DNA of 64,000 bases from Cyanobacteriota bacterium (GCA_046045965.1 JBJOKS010000012.1:1-64000), one strand, 5' to 3'. Shown: positions 31,648 through 43,186, counted from the stretch's first letter. Numbers and translations are program-made. The notes: a model not told the origin generated them from the letters alone.

Positions 31648-32592
31648 TTACATGGGAGCGCGACGGATAAAACGACCAACAGCAGAACCAAATATAATTT
31701 CAAATTGTTGCCAGAGAACTTTCGCTGTTGAATACAACTTAATAGGAGTTTGGCTATGTCGCCAATACAATTTATCAGTTATAGTAGGAGAGCTACCTTC
31801 TAAAGCACTGATGATCAGTTTCTTGCGCCAAGGTTTAACATTTGGTACGGTGGCGTGAGACATAATAGTACCACCAGGAATAAAATCCATTCCATCAGGT
31901 CCAACGGTACTTAAAGGATAAGTATTCAGCATCAATGCTAAGTTTAGATAAGTTTGGTCTCCATAAATATAGGGGTATTGAGAAAAGGTTTTATCGGCAT
32001 AAAGATCCTCTAAATTGGCATATCCTGACATCTCACCCAGTTCTTCTAATTGCTGCCAAATTGTTAGGATAGATTTGTAGTTTTTATGGACACCAATAAA
32101 GCCACTATTGTAGTGATAATCTAACTCACGTTCACATATCAGCCCGTTGTTTTGAGCAAATTCTTTCCATGCTAAACGTTTGGGATGATTTGCAGGAACA
32201 AGATACCAAGAGTCACCACAAAGAGCAATTCCTCGACTCACCCAATTTTCGTAGAAATCCCACCTACACTTATTGACAATATCAGGATCAAAGTAAAATA
32301 AAGCATCAATATCTGGACAATAGCTTTCCCATAATTGGGACATAAAATCAGGCTTATAAAAACCTAGATGCTTTCGGGTTGTTAGCTGCACAAAACGGAT
32401 AGCGCAACCCTCAGAGACAGAAAATTCTTGATAACCATTTCCTGCTTTGAGAGGTTTAGCCCAAGGTGGCAAATTACCACGATAACCAGCCCAACATATT
32501 CCTCGAAACCCTTTGTGATATAAGGAATTTACTAAAGCTCCTACACCATAGTGGTAGTCTTTTTCAAATACAGTACAAATTGCTGTTTTCAT
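31648..32592 (-). CDS. Putative GT-A fold (DxD) glycosyltransferase-like protein
   Basis: YFDPD, YNSGFIG and DQ..LN motifs. Confidence 0.6.
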   Translation of the reverse strand: MKTAICTVFEKDYHYGVGALVNSLYHKGFRGICWAGYRGNLPPWAKPLKAGNGYQEFSVSEGCAIRFVQLTTRKHLGFYKPDFMSQLWESYCPDIDALFYFDPDIVNKCRWDFYENWVSRGIALCGDSWYLVPANHPKRLAWKEFAQNNGLICERELDYHYNSGFIGVHKNYKSILTIWQQLEELGEMSGYANLEDLYADKTFSQYPYIYGDQTYLNLALMLNTYPLSTVGPDGMDFIPGGTIMSHATVPNVKPWRKKLIISALEGSSPTITDKLYWRHSQTPIKLYSTAKVLWQQFEIIFGSAVGRFIRRAPM

Positions 32593-32837
32593 GGTGCTAA
32601 TTATTTTTAACTAATGTACATAATTCCTGGGTTTAGATATCAAAACAGGAAATAACAATCTTCAGTTAGATAAATATTGAACGTTTTTTTTCCTTGAAGT
32701 TTTCATTGGGTTTGGAAAAGGGTTAATGAGTCAGGGTTAAAGGTTTTTTTATCCTTTCCCCTTGAACTACAAAACCCGATAAGTATTGGACTAGGATAGA
32801 AAAATATCTCATTATCCTAGTTTGTATTTCCTGGGAT

Positions 32838-33605
32838 TTATGACAATCTCGCCGGGTTAAATTTAGCATCTATCTGCCATGAGTTTATGACTTCAGGTAG
32901 CGCATCTAAATGTTGCATTTGTGCTTCTATACTTAGATTTACTACATCTTCTAAACACCATGATTGATACCTAATCAAACTCATTTCACCGCGCAAAATG
33001 TTGAATAATTTAGGCAAATTATCTAGACTGTATTTACGCATCCATAAACCCAGTGGTGTAATAGTATGTTTTCTAGTTGCACCAAATTTGTAGGCTCGAA
33101 ATAGTTTACCTTTTTCTCCAATATGCCAATCATAGGAAAATATGAACTTTGGTGATTGAAGCCACATTAATATAATTAATCCCATCATTAAAGGACTAAC
33201 TAATAGCAGCAAAATTAACGCCAAAACCCAGTCAATTACTCTTTGTATAACCCTAAATATTTGATTTTTTGGTTTTGGTAATTGATTTTTAAAAGGTAGA
33301 CGGAGGAATATTGGCTTATTAGCTTGCTCACAGGCATCTGCCCAAAATCTCAGCGCAGCATCACCTAATTGTGGCTCGATAGTTACCAAACTAACCGAAG
33401 AATGTTTTAAACAATCTACTAATAATTGTTTATTCTCTAGTGAAGGTAAATATGGCTCTTGCAAATTTCCAGGAGACTTCACCAATAGCTGACCCCTACG
33501 CCACTTAAGTGTGCAGTATTGCGAGTGATAATTTTGGGGCTGTTGGGGTATAGTGCTGAGTTCTTGTAAATTGGGAACAATGGAAGTTGTCATAGGTCTT
33601 TGCAT
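32838..33605 (-). CDS. hepC: Sugar transferase HepC
   Basis: Bacterial sugar transferase C-domain (MRKYSLDNLPKLFNILRGEMSL) with a Nostocales-type N-terminus; context. Confidence 0.88.
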   Translation of the reverse strand: MQRPMTTSIVPNLQELSTIPQQPQNYHSQYCTLKWRRGQLLVKSPGNLQEPYLPSLENKQLLVDCLKHSSVSLVTIEPQLGDAALRFWADACEQANKPIFLRLPFKNQLPKPKNQIFRVIQRVIDWVLALILLLLVSPLMMGLIILMWLQSPKFIFSYDWHIGEKGKLFRAYKFGATRKHTITPLGLWMRKYSLDNLPKLFNILRGEMSLIRYQSWCLEDVVNLSIEAQMQHLDALPEVINSWQIDAKFNPARLS

Positions 33606-34246
33606 TTATACAGTAGCCAATTACTGAACTGAAAATAGGAGTTCACATTTGTGCAATTCTGTAGATTTGAAGATGTACAGAAAGCAACAAGAAGAGTTAA
33701 GCAAGCCGCAATTAAGATAAATGGTGAGTGAGGAAACTTGGTATTTTCTCTGGATATATCTAGAGATAAATTTCCTTTGGGAATCATCGCTACCTTAATT
33801 TAGTTTAAGGTACTTAATCCTGATGTAGCTATCACCAAAAATTACAAAAGTCCTCTACTCTTAGCCTTTTGACTTTTAGTTTTATCCTCATTTTCTAGAA
33901 TATAAGAAGGAGGAGCATTCACTAAGGATTAAATCAATTCTTTATTTAGTCTTTATTTAGTCTTTAAATAGATTTTCACAAAATATTAAGTTTTGATAAA
34001 TTAAAATTTTTTCAGGGCAGCATGAAAGAAAGTTACACTCAATATTCAAGAATTGAGTTTTTGGTAATTCATCAAATATCCATACTGGTCTGTTCATGAT
34101 AAAAGGGAAATGGGAAAGAAAAAAAGGATTGATTAACCTGATTTTCTTTACCCATAACTTTTTCATTTTCATTTAGCCAAATTTTGACTGGAAAATGCAC
34201 AAATCGAGTATTTTGGAAACAAAATGGAGCAGTGGGAATCATTTGG

Positions 34247-36475
34247 CTATTTTTCCACAAATTCTGGTAGCACTAATTGTTGTTGTTTAACATAAGGAAC
34301 ATAAGTGCTATCAGAGTTAGATACTCCATTAGCCACAACTCCAATTAGATTTAACTTGCTCAACATGGCTGTTGCCTGGGCTAAATGGTTGCGTGTGACT
34401 TTACCAATGCTTGCGACCATGACCACACTCCGACAAGATGAGGCTGTGAGCATAGCATCTACCATACCAATAACTGATGGAGCATCTATGAGTACCAAAT
34501 CATAGTTTTCTTCAAATGCAGCCATCAATTCCATCATGCGTGGAGAACTCAAAAGATGAGCCGGATCTACAGGTATGGGTCCAGCGGTTAAAATGTCAAT
34601 ATAGGCTGAACCTGAGTATTGAACTCCAATTTGATTAGGAAGGGTGACATCACTAGCTAATAAAGTTGATAAACCTTGTTCATTAGGAAGATTTAACTGT
34701 TTGTGTAAGCTAGGATCTCGTAAGTTAGCATCAATTAGCAGGACTTTTTTATGTAAGCGAGCCGCACTCATCGCCAAACCTAAAGTTAAAGCTGACTTAC
34801 CCTCATCTGGTAATGCTGATGTCACCATTAAAGATTTCAAGTCATTCACACGATGGAGAAGTTCTATGTTTTTATAAATCAAATCTAGTGATTCCCAACG
34901 TGGTGGAGATTGTAAGACTTGAATTGTCCAGGGGGCAAGAACTTCGGGTTTACCAAAGGGTAACTTGATAATAGATTCTTTCGGTTTTGCTGGTGGTAAT
35001 TTGGGAGTGGTTCCCAACAAAGGCAGGGCAACTTGTTTTTCTAATTCCGCAGTAGTGTGTACTGAATCATCCGATGCTTCTCGAATAAAGGCGGCAACAC
35101 CACCTAACATGAATCCCACTACTGCACCCAACAAAAGATTTTGTTTGAGATCTGGTCCTAATTTTATGCCTTTTTGTGGTTCTTCTACCACTTCCCAATT
35201 AAATCCACCTTTGGAAAGTTCCTGACGCAATTGCTGTTCTGCTCTTAACAATTGCTCCATTCTTTCCCGACTAAATTGTAATTGGGGAAGTATGCGATTG
35301 TAATAAGCCAAAAGAGAGGGAAAGCGTTTTAATTGCGATCGCAGTTCATTTTCTTTTTGTGCCAAAGTTTGATCACGGGCGCTTAAAGAAACTATATTTG
35401 TCTGAGTCTCTACTAATGCACTGGTCAAATTGAGGTCAATTTCCCCAAGTTGTCCTTGTTCGAGAAGATTTTCTCCAAAACTGAATCCAGTGTTAGACTG
35501 TCTACCTAAAGTTCTACTGACTTCTTTTTGCAAAAGTTCTTTTTGACTCCGAAGCTGTTCGTTGAGCTTCTGCACACTGGGAGTATCATCAGTAAAACGT
35601 AAGCGTTCCTGTGCTAAAGCTAGTTCTGTTTTCTGGATTTCATTAAGTAACCCTTGATAGCGTAAAGACTGACTCAGACGGGAAGAAACCAAGGCATTCT
35701 GAGGTGAACGGTTAAGTTGTTGTTGCAAAGACTTTTGCTTTGCTATAGTTTCTTCATATTGAGAACGAGTTGTTTGTCGCTCTTTCTGAATAGTATTTAA
35801 GGTTTCCTCAATTGCTTTGGCCTGCAACTCTGGATCAATTAAATTCTGATTGCTGCGAAATCTTTGCAAATTAGCTTCAGATGCGTTCACTTCATCACTA
35901 GCTTTTCGTAATTGATCTCTGATAACTTGTAGACCTTTTTGTAAACGTACATCCTGTTGTTCTTTGTTATATTCAACATAAACTTGCCGAATGGCAGTTA
36001 ACACTTTTTGCGTTTTTTCTGGATCGCTATCGCTATAGTCAACTTGAAATATCTTAGTAGCGATATTATCTTCTGGAGTCTTGATTTGAGTTAAGATTAA
36101 GGATTTTCTAATTTCCTGTACAGTGATTGTTGGATATTCTGACTTGAGTTTATCCACTGCTTTTTGGATCAGTCCAGAACTCCGCATTAAGTTAAGCTGT
36201 GTTGCAGTGTCTATAACAATGTTAGAATCTGTGAACTGATTTCCTAGCGTGTCTCCTTCTTTTCTGCCTTGATAGTTAGGTTCTACTAACAGTTGCATTG
36301 TACTTTGGAAGGTGGGCTTTGTTTTTAAAGTTATGATTCCTGCCAAAGCTGTAGAACTCAGAAATACTAACACAACCCAGGGAAATCTCCTGAGCAATAC
36401 AGCAAACATTTGTCCATAACCTGGTTCTTGATCTGCTATGGGATTTATCTGGGTATTTAGACTAGTTTGAACCAC
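34247..36475 (-). CDS. Wzc/GumC-type polysaccharide co-polymerase/tyrosine kinase
   Basis: Two TM segments, coiled coil, TSALPDEGKS, LIDANLRDP. Confidence 0.92.
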   Translation of the reverse strand: MVQTSLNTQINPIADQEPGYGQMFAVLLRRFPWVVLVFLSSTALAGIITLKTKPTFQSTMQLLVEPNYQGRKEGDTLGNQFTDSNIVIDTATQLNLMRSSGLIQKAVDKLKSEYPTITVQEIRKSLILTQIKTPEDNIATKIFQVDYSDSDPEKTQKVLTAIRQVYVEYNKEQQDVRLQKGLQVIRDQLRKASDEVNASEANLQRFRSNQNLIDPELQAKAIEETLNTIQKERQTTRSQYEETIAKQKSLQQQLNRSPQNALVSSRLSQSLRYQGLLNEIQKTELALAQERLRFTDDTPSVQKLNEQLRSQKELLQKEVSRTLGRQSNTGFSFGENLLEQGQLGEIDLNLTSALVETQTNIVSLSARDQTLAQKENELRSQLKRFPSLLAYYNRILPQLQFSRERMEQLLRAEQQLRQELSKGGFNWEVVEEPQKGIKLGPDLKQNLLLGAVVGFMLGGVAAFIREASDDSVHTTAELEKQVALPLLGTTPKLPPAKPKESIIKLPFGKPEVLAPWTIQVLQSPPRWESLDLIYKNIELLHRVNDLKSLMVTSALPDEGKSALTLGLAMSAARLHKKVLLIDANLRDPSLHKQLNLPNEQGLSTLLASDVTLPNQIGVQYSGSAYIDILTAGPIPVDPAHLLSSPRMMELMAAFEENYDLVLIDAPSVIGMVDAMLTASSCRSVVMVASIGKVTRNHLAQATAMLSKLNLIGVVANGVSNSDSTYVPYVKQQQLVLPEFVEK

Positions 36476-36541
36476 TTTTATTATCCTTCTGTGGGAGACA
36501 CTATGGGTAGTTTCCTGCCCCGTAGGGGTAAAACTAACAAG

Positions 36542-37642
36542 TTAAATAAATGAGTGATGCACACCAGAAGCTTGAACAAGAATTTCCTCAACCTTAGTAA
36601 AGAATGCTTGTTCTGAAAAATTATTGACGGCGTGATTACGAATAGTTTCGTAATTCCAAGATATTCCTCTAGCCTCTAATAATGCTGCTTGTAAAGAATC
36701 GGGTGTTTGCCTCTTAAAAAAAACTCCGGTTTTACCAGGTATCTGAGTATCTAATACCCCACCGGCTCCATAAGCAATTACTGGAGTTCCACTAGCATTT
36801 GCTTCTACTGGAACTAATCCATAATCTTCTAAGGCAGCAACAATAATAGACTTGGCTTTAGAAAATAGGTCTTTACGTTCACCATCACTAACATGACCTA
36901 AGAATTCGATATTACCTAATGCCTTGGATTTTAACCGTTCTAGTTCGGGTCCGTCACCTGATATTAATAAATGCCACCCTAACCAATTAAAAGCCTCGAC
37001 TATGATATCAAGACGTTTATAACTTATCATCCGCGCCGATGCCAAGTAGTATTCCTGTTTGGTATCGGAAAAAACAAACTTATTGGTATCAATTGGATAG
37101 TTGATCACAATTGCTTGTTTCCTATAAATTTTTTGAATGCGACGGGCAACAACGCTGGAATTGGCAATGTAGAGGTCTGGTTCCTGAGAATATTTCAGGT
37201 CTACATTTCTCATCATTTCAAATATTTTTTCAATTAAGGGGGCAAAATAGCGATAGTCTCCATACTCTCGTAAATAAGTTTCTGTATCCCATAGAAAACG
37301 AGTGACATTATGACAGAAACAAATGTGACGTGCTTGTGATTTTTTACGCACTGCTTTGGCAAAACTAGTGCTACTACTAATAATTAAATCATAGTCTTGT
37401 AAATCCAATGCTCGAAAGGCAGGAAAGTACAGAGGAGCCATCAAGCGAAAATACTTGGCAGCACCGGGAATATTTTGTAAACAAGTTGTTCTAACTATCC
37501 GTTCACCCAGGTCAATTGTTTTTTGCGGATCATATAAGGATGTGAAAATGTCGGCTTGGGGGTAGCGTTTACAAAGCAATTCAAACACTCGCTCTGCTCC
37601 ACCGCGCTGGGTTAAGTAATCATGGACAAGAGCAATTTTCAT
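36542..37642 (-). CDS. GT4 glycosyltransferase
   Basis: HDYLTQRGGAERV; EDYGLVPVEA. Confidence 0.92.
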   Translation of the reverse strand: MKIALVHDYLTQRGGAERVFELLCKRYPQADIFTSLYDPQKTIDLGERIVRTTCLQNIPGAAKYFRLMAPLYFPAFRALDLQDYDLIISSSTSFAKAVRKKSQARHICFCHNVTRFLWDTETYLREYGDYRYFAPLIEKIFEMMRNVDLKYSQEPDLYIANSSVVARRIQKIYRKQAIVINYPIDTNKFVFSDTKQEYYLASARMISYKRLDIIVEAFNWLGWHLLISGDGPELERLKSKALGNIEFLGHVSDGERKDLFSKAKSIIVAALEDYGLVPVEANASGTPVIAYGAGGVLDTQIPGKTGVFFKRQTPDSLQAALLEARGISWNYETIRNHAVNNFSEQAFFTKVEEILVQASGVHHSFI

Positions 37643-37793
37643 GGATGATGCCTTATATGGGAGTGTTAAATAAATTAGGGGCTGTTTCGTAAGGTGTACA
37701 GATGTTAATAATCTCTCTGTTTATAGCAGTATTATGTCTGTACTAAACCCGTCCTTAGATAGTTACAGGCTGCAACTTAAGTTTGGCAAATGT

Positions 37794-37822
37794 TCGATAG
37801 CTTTGGTCAGCGTAGCTATCGC
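37794..37822. repeat. Small dispersed repeat in a split HIP1-like site
   Basis: Reverse complement matches 53689-53717 at 24 of 29 positions. Confidence 0.6.
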
Positions 37823-38167
37823 ACTCCAAATCTGATTAACTACAAAACCCGCAAGCTTGTACATTAAATGACATTGCTTAATTAGCCATTTATAGTCAGA
37901 GTAATGAGTATAACTAGGCGGATGTAGAGATACCATTGGCAATCGGCGTAAAATCTACTTTATAGATATCTTTATGTTTTGCCTTTGGCTTTTTTTTACC
38001 AGGTAGATACTTTTGAATAAAACTTTAATTTTTACCTGTAAACTCAAGGTGGTAACAGAATATCAGGTAAATTCTAATTTATTTGCTCGTCTTGAACAGA
38101 AATATGAAAATTTGCCAACCCCCTGAAAAAGGGGGCTGAATTTCAGTTTTACTATTGAATTTTTACT

Positions 38168-39481
38168 TTATTTGACAACTGCCAAAGTTTTAGCAGGAGC
38201 AAAATAAGCTGTTTGTTCAGTGCGTAATCTGTCGCAAAGTCTACCTTCAGGTAATTCGACATCATCGTAGGTCAGGACTTGATCTTTATCAATATCACGT
38301 TTTAAGCGACATCCTTCTGCTATCCCCATTGGTAGCAAATTTTGTTGTTGGACAATTTCTGAATTTTCACATTGTCCATAGGTCATGTAATAACCGATGC
38401 CATCAAGAGTTTCTCCGGCTTTAAGATCAATTTTGGCAGTAGCGACAACATCAACAATTGGACCAGCTATAGGAGCAAGCACAGCATCATGAAATAGCAC
38501 TGCACGCGCTACAGAAAGGGGAACTTCAAAATGGCAGAGGTGATAAGGGGTGTAGAAACTATAAAGAGGTCCTTCACCAAGTTTATAAAGATTTAGATAA
38601 TGCCGTTGTTTGGGGTCTTCATGGGTGGCAAAAACAAACACTCCTGGACCCGGTTTTGTGCCAACTACATAATCAACAATGCCACCTAATTCTTTGAGTT
38701 GGTCAACATCATACATTTTGGTCATTTCATCAACATGACCTGTGTATTCATATCCCAACATTCCCCTTTTTGCTACTTTCATTCCTGTGCCATTGGCGAC
38801 TATTGCTTGTTCAAAAGAAATTTTTGTGCCATCAGCAAAACTTGTCACCATTGCGGGATTTTGACCCCAGCGTTGAGCAAAACCAGCTTGGGTGGTAGGG
38901 TTGCGGTAGGGGTCTTGTAAACCTTTAATATTGCCACACAATAAGGGAGTTAAACCGATGCTTTTCACAAAGCGGTACAGGTTCATTTCTACCCCTGGTT
39001 GGTCGCCATCACAAGCTGTTAAAATTACTCCAGCGCGGTCTGCGTGAACTTTGAGGATAGGTCCAATTGTGCCATCTAGTTCTGCATTCATCAAAATTAT
39101 ATGCTTTTGATGGGCGATCGCTCTCATCACCAAATGAGCAGCATATTCAATTGTACCTGTGACTTCAATAATTGCATCTATGCCATCAGCTTCACACAGC
39201 AACATGGCATCTTCGGTAATTGCATATTTACCTTGAATCAGTGCATCTTCTAAATCAACTACACTAGAAACAATATTGCAATCCTCAATTCCTGCTTCTG
39301 AATAAGCTCTTTTAGCTCCATCAATGTGACGGTTAGAAATAGCAACCAATTCCATTCCCGGCACAGAATTGATAATTTGATTAGCAATACCCCGACCCAT
39401 AAAACCAGCACCAATCATTGCTACTTTTACAGGTTTACCTAATGCAGCACGAGCTTGTAAAGCTTGATCAACAATAATCAT
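38168..39481 (-). CDS. NAD(P)-dependent oxidoreductase with a C-terminal SAF domain (homoserine dehydrogenase-like)
   Basis: GAGFMG, GDQPG, FADGTK and AGETLDGIG motifs. Confidence 0.88.
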   Translation of the reverse strand: MIIVDQALQARAALGKPVKVAMIGAGFMGRGIANQIINSVPGMELVAISNRHIDGAKRAYSEAGIEDCNIVSSVVDLEDALIQGKYAITEDAMLLCEADGIDAIIEVTGTIEYAAHLVMRAIAHQKHIILMNAELDGTIGPILKVHADRAGVILTACDGDQPGVEMNLYRFVKSIGLTPLLCGNIKGLQDPYRNPTTQAGFAQRWGQNPAMVTSFADGTKISFEQAIVANGTGMKVAKRGMLGYEYTGHVDEMTKMYDVDQLKELGGIVDYVVGTKPGPGVFVFATHEDPKQRHYLNLYKLGEGPLYSFYTPYHLCHFEVPLSVARAVLFHDAVLAPIAGPIVDVVATAKIDLKAGETLDGIGYYMTYGQCENSEIVQQQNLLPMGIAEGCRLKRDIDKDQVLTYDDVELPEGRLCDRLRTEQTAYFAPAKTLAVVK

Positions 39482-39483
39482 GA

Positions 39484-40029
39484 TTAAACTCCTATTAAAA
39501 TAGATTCTAGTAAAGGCCAATTGCGGTCTTTATCAGACATTTCAGTTGCAGCTAAAGGCCAAGAAATTTCTAAAAGTGGATCATCATAACGCAAACCACG
39601 TTCATAACCAGGAGTGTAAAATTCACCCACTTGATAGACAACTTCTGCACCATCTGTTAAAGTTTGATAGCCATGAGCAAACATTTCTGGTACATATAAA
39701 GCGCGGCGATTTTCTGCCGTGAGTTCTACACCAATATGCGACAAATAAGTTGGAGATTCAGGACGCATATCCACAATTACGTCATAAATTGCTCCTTGAG
39801 TACAACGAATTAATTTTGTTTCTGCTGCTGGGAGAATTTGATAGTGCATTCCTCTCAACGTACCTTTTTTATGATTAAAAGATAAGTTACATTGAGCAAC
39901 TGTTGGCTTTAAACCATGTTCAGCAAATTCTTGAGCGCAAAATGTCCGAGCAAAGAAACCACGATGATCTGGTTTTTCTTCTAAGTCAATAATGAATGCA
40001 CCAGGGAGATTAGTTTGAGTAAAAATCAT
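39484..40029 (-). CDS. rfbC: dTDP-4-dehydrorhamnose 3,5-epimerase family protein
   Basis: DHRGFF, GTLRGMHYQ and FAHGYQTL motifs. Confidence 0.92.
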   Translation of the reverse strand: MIFTQTNLPGAFIIDLEEKPDHRGFFARTFCAQEFAEHGLKPTVAQCNLSFNHKKGTLRGMHYQILPAAETKLIRCTQGAIYDVIVDMRPESPTYLSHIGVELTAENRRALYVPEMFAHGYQTLTDGAEVVYQVGEFYTPGYERGLRYDDPLLEISWPLAATEMSDKDRNWPLLESILIGV

Positions 40030-40115
40030 AGTTTTTCAGAAAAAAGGGAACAGGGAACAGGGAACAGGGAACAGGTAAAAGTTTGTGAAAATTATCCATT
40101 ACTTAATATAATTTA

Positions 40116-40964
40116 CTAGCATTTTCCTCTAGCTTCAGGGATAAATTTTTTATTGGGTTTGATAAAAGTATCATCATTGTATTGAGTACAAAGTTCTGGA
40201 CGCTTCGGTGATTTTGCTGTGTAGACAAAAAATATAGTTGAGCGTTCTTCGCTTCTCACAGTACCATGATGTAAAACATTTCTGGGATCTACAAAAATCA
40301 CAGTTCCTGCTTTTCCTGGACAGGATTTCCAAGCTTTTTTAGAAATAATATTCATCATTTGTAGGTCATTAATTCCTAAGAAATTAGACTTCCACAGTGC
40401 ATAATCAACCCGATAATAATTCCACCACTCTAACGGATTATTAGGCAGGGGTATATATTCAAAAGCGCCGTGTTTTTCTGTCACATCATGTAAATAGATG
40501 ATGACTTTCATCATACGTCGGTCTTCAGAATCTTTATGCCAAAGTAGTGTTTGTAATTGCTGATTATTTGGGAAGTCTTTCCGCACATGAACACCATGAA
40601 AAGCTATAGGTAATCCGATATAGTTTTCTATGATATTTTGCAGCCGTTTTTCAATTCCCCAAGTAAAGAATTCTGGTAAATCTGTAACTGTATAAATCTG
40701 CGGTAAGTTATATCCTGATTGCACATTTCTAGGACTTTCCATCATCGCTGCATAATTTTTAGCACTATCTAACATTTGTGCAGTTGATGGTAATTCTAAA
40801 TTCTCTAAGGAAGTGATGTAAACACCTTCTTTTTTCAGAGTTTGGGCAATTAATTGATCTTCATGAGATAATGCAGGTAAATTTTTTCTTTGTTTAGCCA
40901 GAGATGCTTGATAATCTAGCTCAGAAGTCAGTGTATTTATTTTTTCGTTAAGAGTTTCTAACAT
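40116..40964 (-). CDS. 2OG-Fe(II)/PhyH-like oxygenase
   Basis: WHKD...H triad with GKAGTVIFVD..VLHHG. Confidence 0.75.
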   Translation of the reverse strand: MLETLNEKINTLTSELDYQASLAKQRKNLPALSHEDQLIAQTLKKEGVYITSLENLELPSTAQMLDSAKNYAAMMESPRNVQSGYNLPQIYTVTDLPEFFTWGIEKRLQNIIENYIGLPIAFHGVHVRKDFPNNQQLQTLLWHKDSEDRRMMKVIIYLHDVTEKHGAFEYIPLPNNPLEWWNYYRVDYALWKSNFLGINDLQMMNIISKKAWKSCPGKAGTVIFVDPRNVLHHGTVRSEERSTIFFVYTAKSPKRPELCTQYNDDTFIKPNKKFIPEARGKC

Positions 40965-40983
40965 GAGACTTATACCTAATTGC

Positions 40984-41994
40984 TTATACTTTACTTCGGC
41001 GGGAAATTTGGTTTAATGGCTGATGAGATTCGGCAATTTTCATTTCAGGAGCGGCCATGACTTCAATAGCAGAAATAGCCGCTAGAGCTAAAAAAGGAAC
41101 GACGGTTTTAATAGCCGTAATTGGCCATCTTCTCAAAGCACCTAAGAAAACTCTCAAGTTAACTTCTTGAAAATTATGCACCATCATTTGTGCATAAAAT
41201 CGCTGAGAATACCCTGCATTTTCTTGCAACTTAAAAATCACCTCTGGGAAGTGTTTATATTGCATTAACAGGGCAGATTGTGGCTCTTTTTGCCAATAAC
41301 TCACACCAACAATACATTCTAAATAGGTATCTTTGCTCACAATTACTTTGCCATTAGCAGCACAATACCCGGCTAAATATGCTAAAGAAATCCAATTATT
41401 GATAGCATCTGGCCAAATTTGGAGCGCGCGTTTAACTAAATCAGTTCTATATACTGAAGCCGTCAAGAAAATGACTGCTCCCACACTTTTAGAGAAGCAA
41501 TATTCAAATATTTCTTTACCATCAACCTCACCATCTTCACTATCAGCATCAAACCAGCGATTACCAACTATTGTTGGTGGATGAACAGGTTCACCAGTAA
41601 TTTTATTTCTACCAGAAAAATTGATAAACGCTAATGACAAATTCTCAATAGTTTTAATTTTATCTATTACATAACTAACTGCTTGATCTTGAATTGGATC
41701 ATCATCACCAATCGTCCAAACATATTTGGTGGTTGCAGAATTTAGGCAATAAATGATATTTCTCATTACGCCCAAATTCTTAAAATTTCTATTGGATTTA
41801 AAAGTTATGTTATTGATAGTATTTTGCCATTTTTTGATAACTTCCTGAGTGTTGTCGCTAGAACAATTATCAGAAACTAATATCTCACAATCAGATTCAT
41901 AACCTTTGATAGCTTTAGACAACCACTCTAATTGTTGATCAAGCAAATCCGCACGATTATAGGTAGGAATAGCAATGGTCAGTAATTTATTCAT
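40984..41994 (-). CDS. GT2 glycosyltransferase
   Basis: LTIAIPTYNR, SDNCS and GDDD motifs. Confidence 0.9.
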   Translation of the reverse strand: MNKLLTIAIPTYNRADLLDQQLEWLSKAIKGYESDCEILVSDNCSSDNTQEVIKKWQNTINNITFKSNRNFKNLGVMRNIIYCLNSATTKYVWTIGDDDPIQDQAVSYVIDKIKTIENLSLAFINFSGRNKITGEPVHPPTIVGNRWFDADSEDGEVDGKEIFEYCFSKSVGAVIFLTASVYRTDLVKRALQIWPDAINNWISLAYLAGYCAANGKVIVSKDTYLECIVGVSYWQKEPQSALLMQYKHFPEVIFKLQENAGYSQRFYAQMMVHNFQEVNLRVFLGALRRWPITAIKTVVPFLALAAISAIEVMAAPEMKIAESHQPLNQISRRSKV

Positions 41995-42108
41995 AGGTTG
42001 ACATGATCCAAACAAATCAAATTATTTTTCCCACAATGAATTAAATCAAGAATTACGGATTAAAAGCAGTAAAAAATAGTTGTTACTGCTTTCATCCGTT
42101 ATCAATCC

Positions 42109-43143
42109 TTATTTAGTCCAAAAGAAATCTTTGTCAATTTGTTGAGTACGAATCAGGTACTCAAGCTGTTTTAATCTTGTAAATCCTCTAAACAAGAAAG
42201 TATCTTCAGTCATGTCGATTTGACGGAACAAATCAAATAACTGTTGAGCGCCGCGTTGAGCATTCCAATCACACTTAAAGCCTGGTAAAATTGTATTTAT
42301 TTTCTCAAAAGAAACTCGATAACTACGGTTATCTGAACCATTATTACCAAAGGTTAATTTACAACCAGGGAAAGTATCAGCAATAATTTCGGCAATTTCT
42401 TTAACGCGATAATTATTCTGTGTATCTCCCACATTAAAAACTTGATTGTGGACAATATCTCTGGGTGCTTCTAAGGTACAAACAATGGCTTTGCAAATAT
42501 CCAAAGCATGAACTAATGGCCGCCAAGGTGTACCATCACTGGTCATTTTAATTTCTTTGGTAGTCCAAGCTAAACCAGCTAAATTGTTTAAAACAATATC
42601 AAATCTCATTCTGGGAGAAGCACCAAAAGCGGTAGCATTCCGCATGAAGGTAGGAGAGAAATCATCATCCGCTAATGGTTTAATATCTCTTTCTACTAAT
42701 GTTTTACATTCAGCGTAAGCTGTTTGCGGATTTACAGGTGATTCTTCGGTGACATCACCTTCACTCGCAACTCCATAAACACTACAAGAAGACATATAAA
42801 TAAAGCGACGCACCCCCATTGTTTTCGCTAAATTAGCTAAACGTACAGAACCTAAATGATTAATATCATAGGTAATGTTGGGTGCTAATTGTCCAGTAGG
42901 ATCGTTAGAAAGTTCTGCTTTATGAACTATTGCATCTATACCTTCTAAATCTTCCGGTGTAATATCGCGAATATCTTTGTTGAGGGTTTTAGCTGTGATG
43001 TCAGTCCCGTTATATAACCAACCAACTTTATAAAAACCTGTATCTAGTCCGATAACTTCGTGACCTTTAGCAATTAATAAAGGAGGTAATAAAGAACCTA
43101 AATATCCTTCTGTTCCTGTGACTAATATTTTCATTGTTTTCAA
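42109..43143 (-). CDS. NAD-dependent epimerase/dehydratase (extended SDR)
   Basis: TGTEGYLG, SSCSVYG, YAECK. Confidence 0.92.
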   Translation of the reverse strand: MKTMKILVTGTEGYLGSLLPPLLIAKGHEVIGLDTGFYKVGWLYNGTDITAKTLNKDIRDITPEDLEGIDAIVHKAELSNDPTGQLAPNITYDINHLGSVRLANLAKTMGVRRFIYMSSCSVYGVASEGDVTEESPVNPQTAYAECKTLVERDIKPLADDDFSPTFMRNATAFGASPRMRFDIVLNNLAGLAWTTKEIKMTSDGTPWRPLVHALDICKAIVCTLEAPRDIVHNQVFNVGDTQNNYRVKEIAEIIADTFPGCKLTFGNNGSDNRSYRVSFEKINTILPGFKCDWNAQRGAQQLFDLFRQIDMTEDTFLFRGFTRLKQLEYLIRTQQIDKDFFWTK

Positions 43144-43186
43144 TTCCTTGTTATTGATGTTTTAATCTTTTTGCAACCACCTTTTT

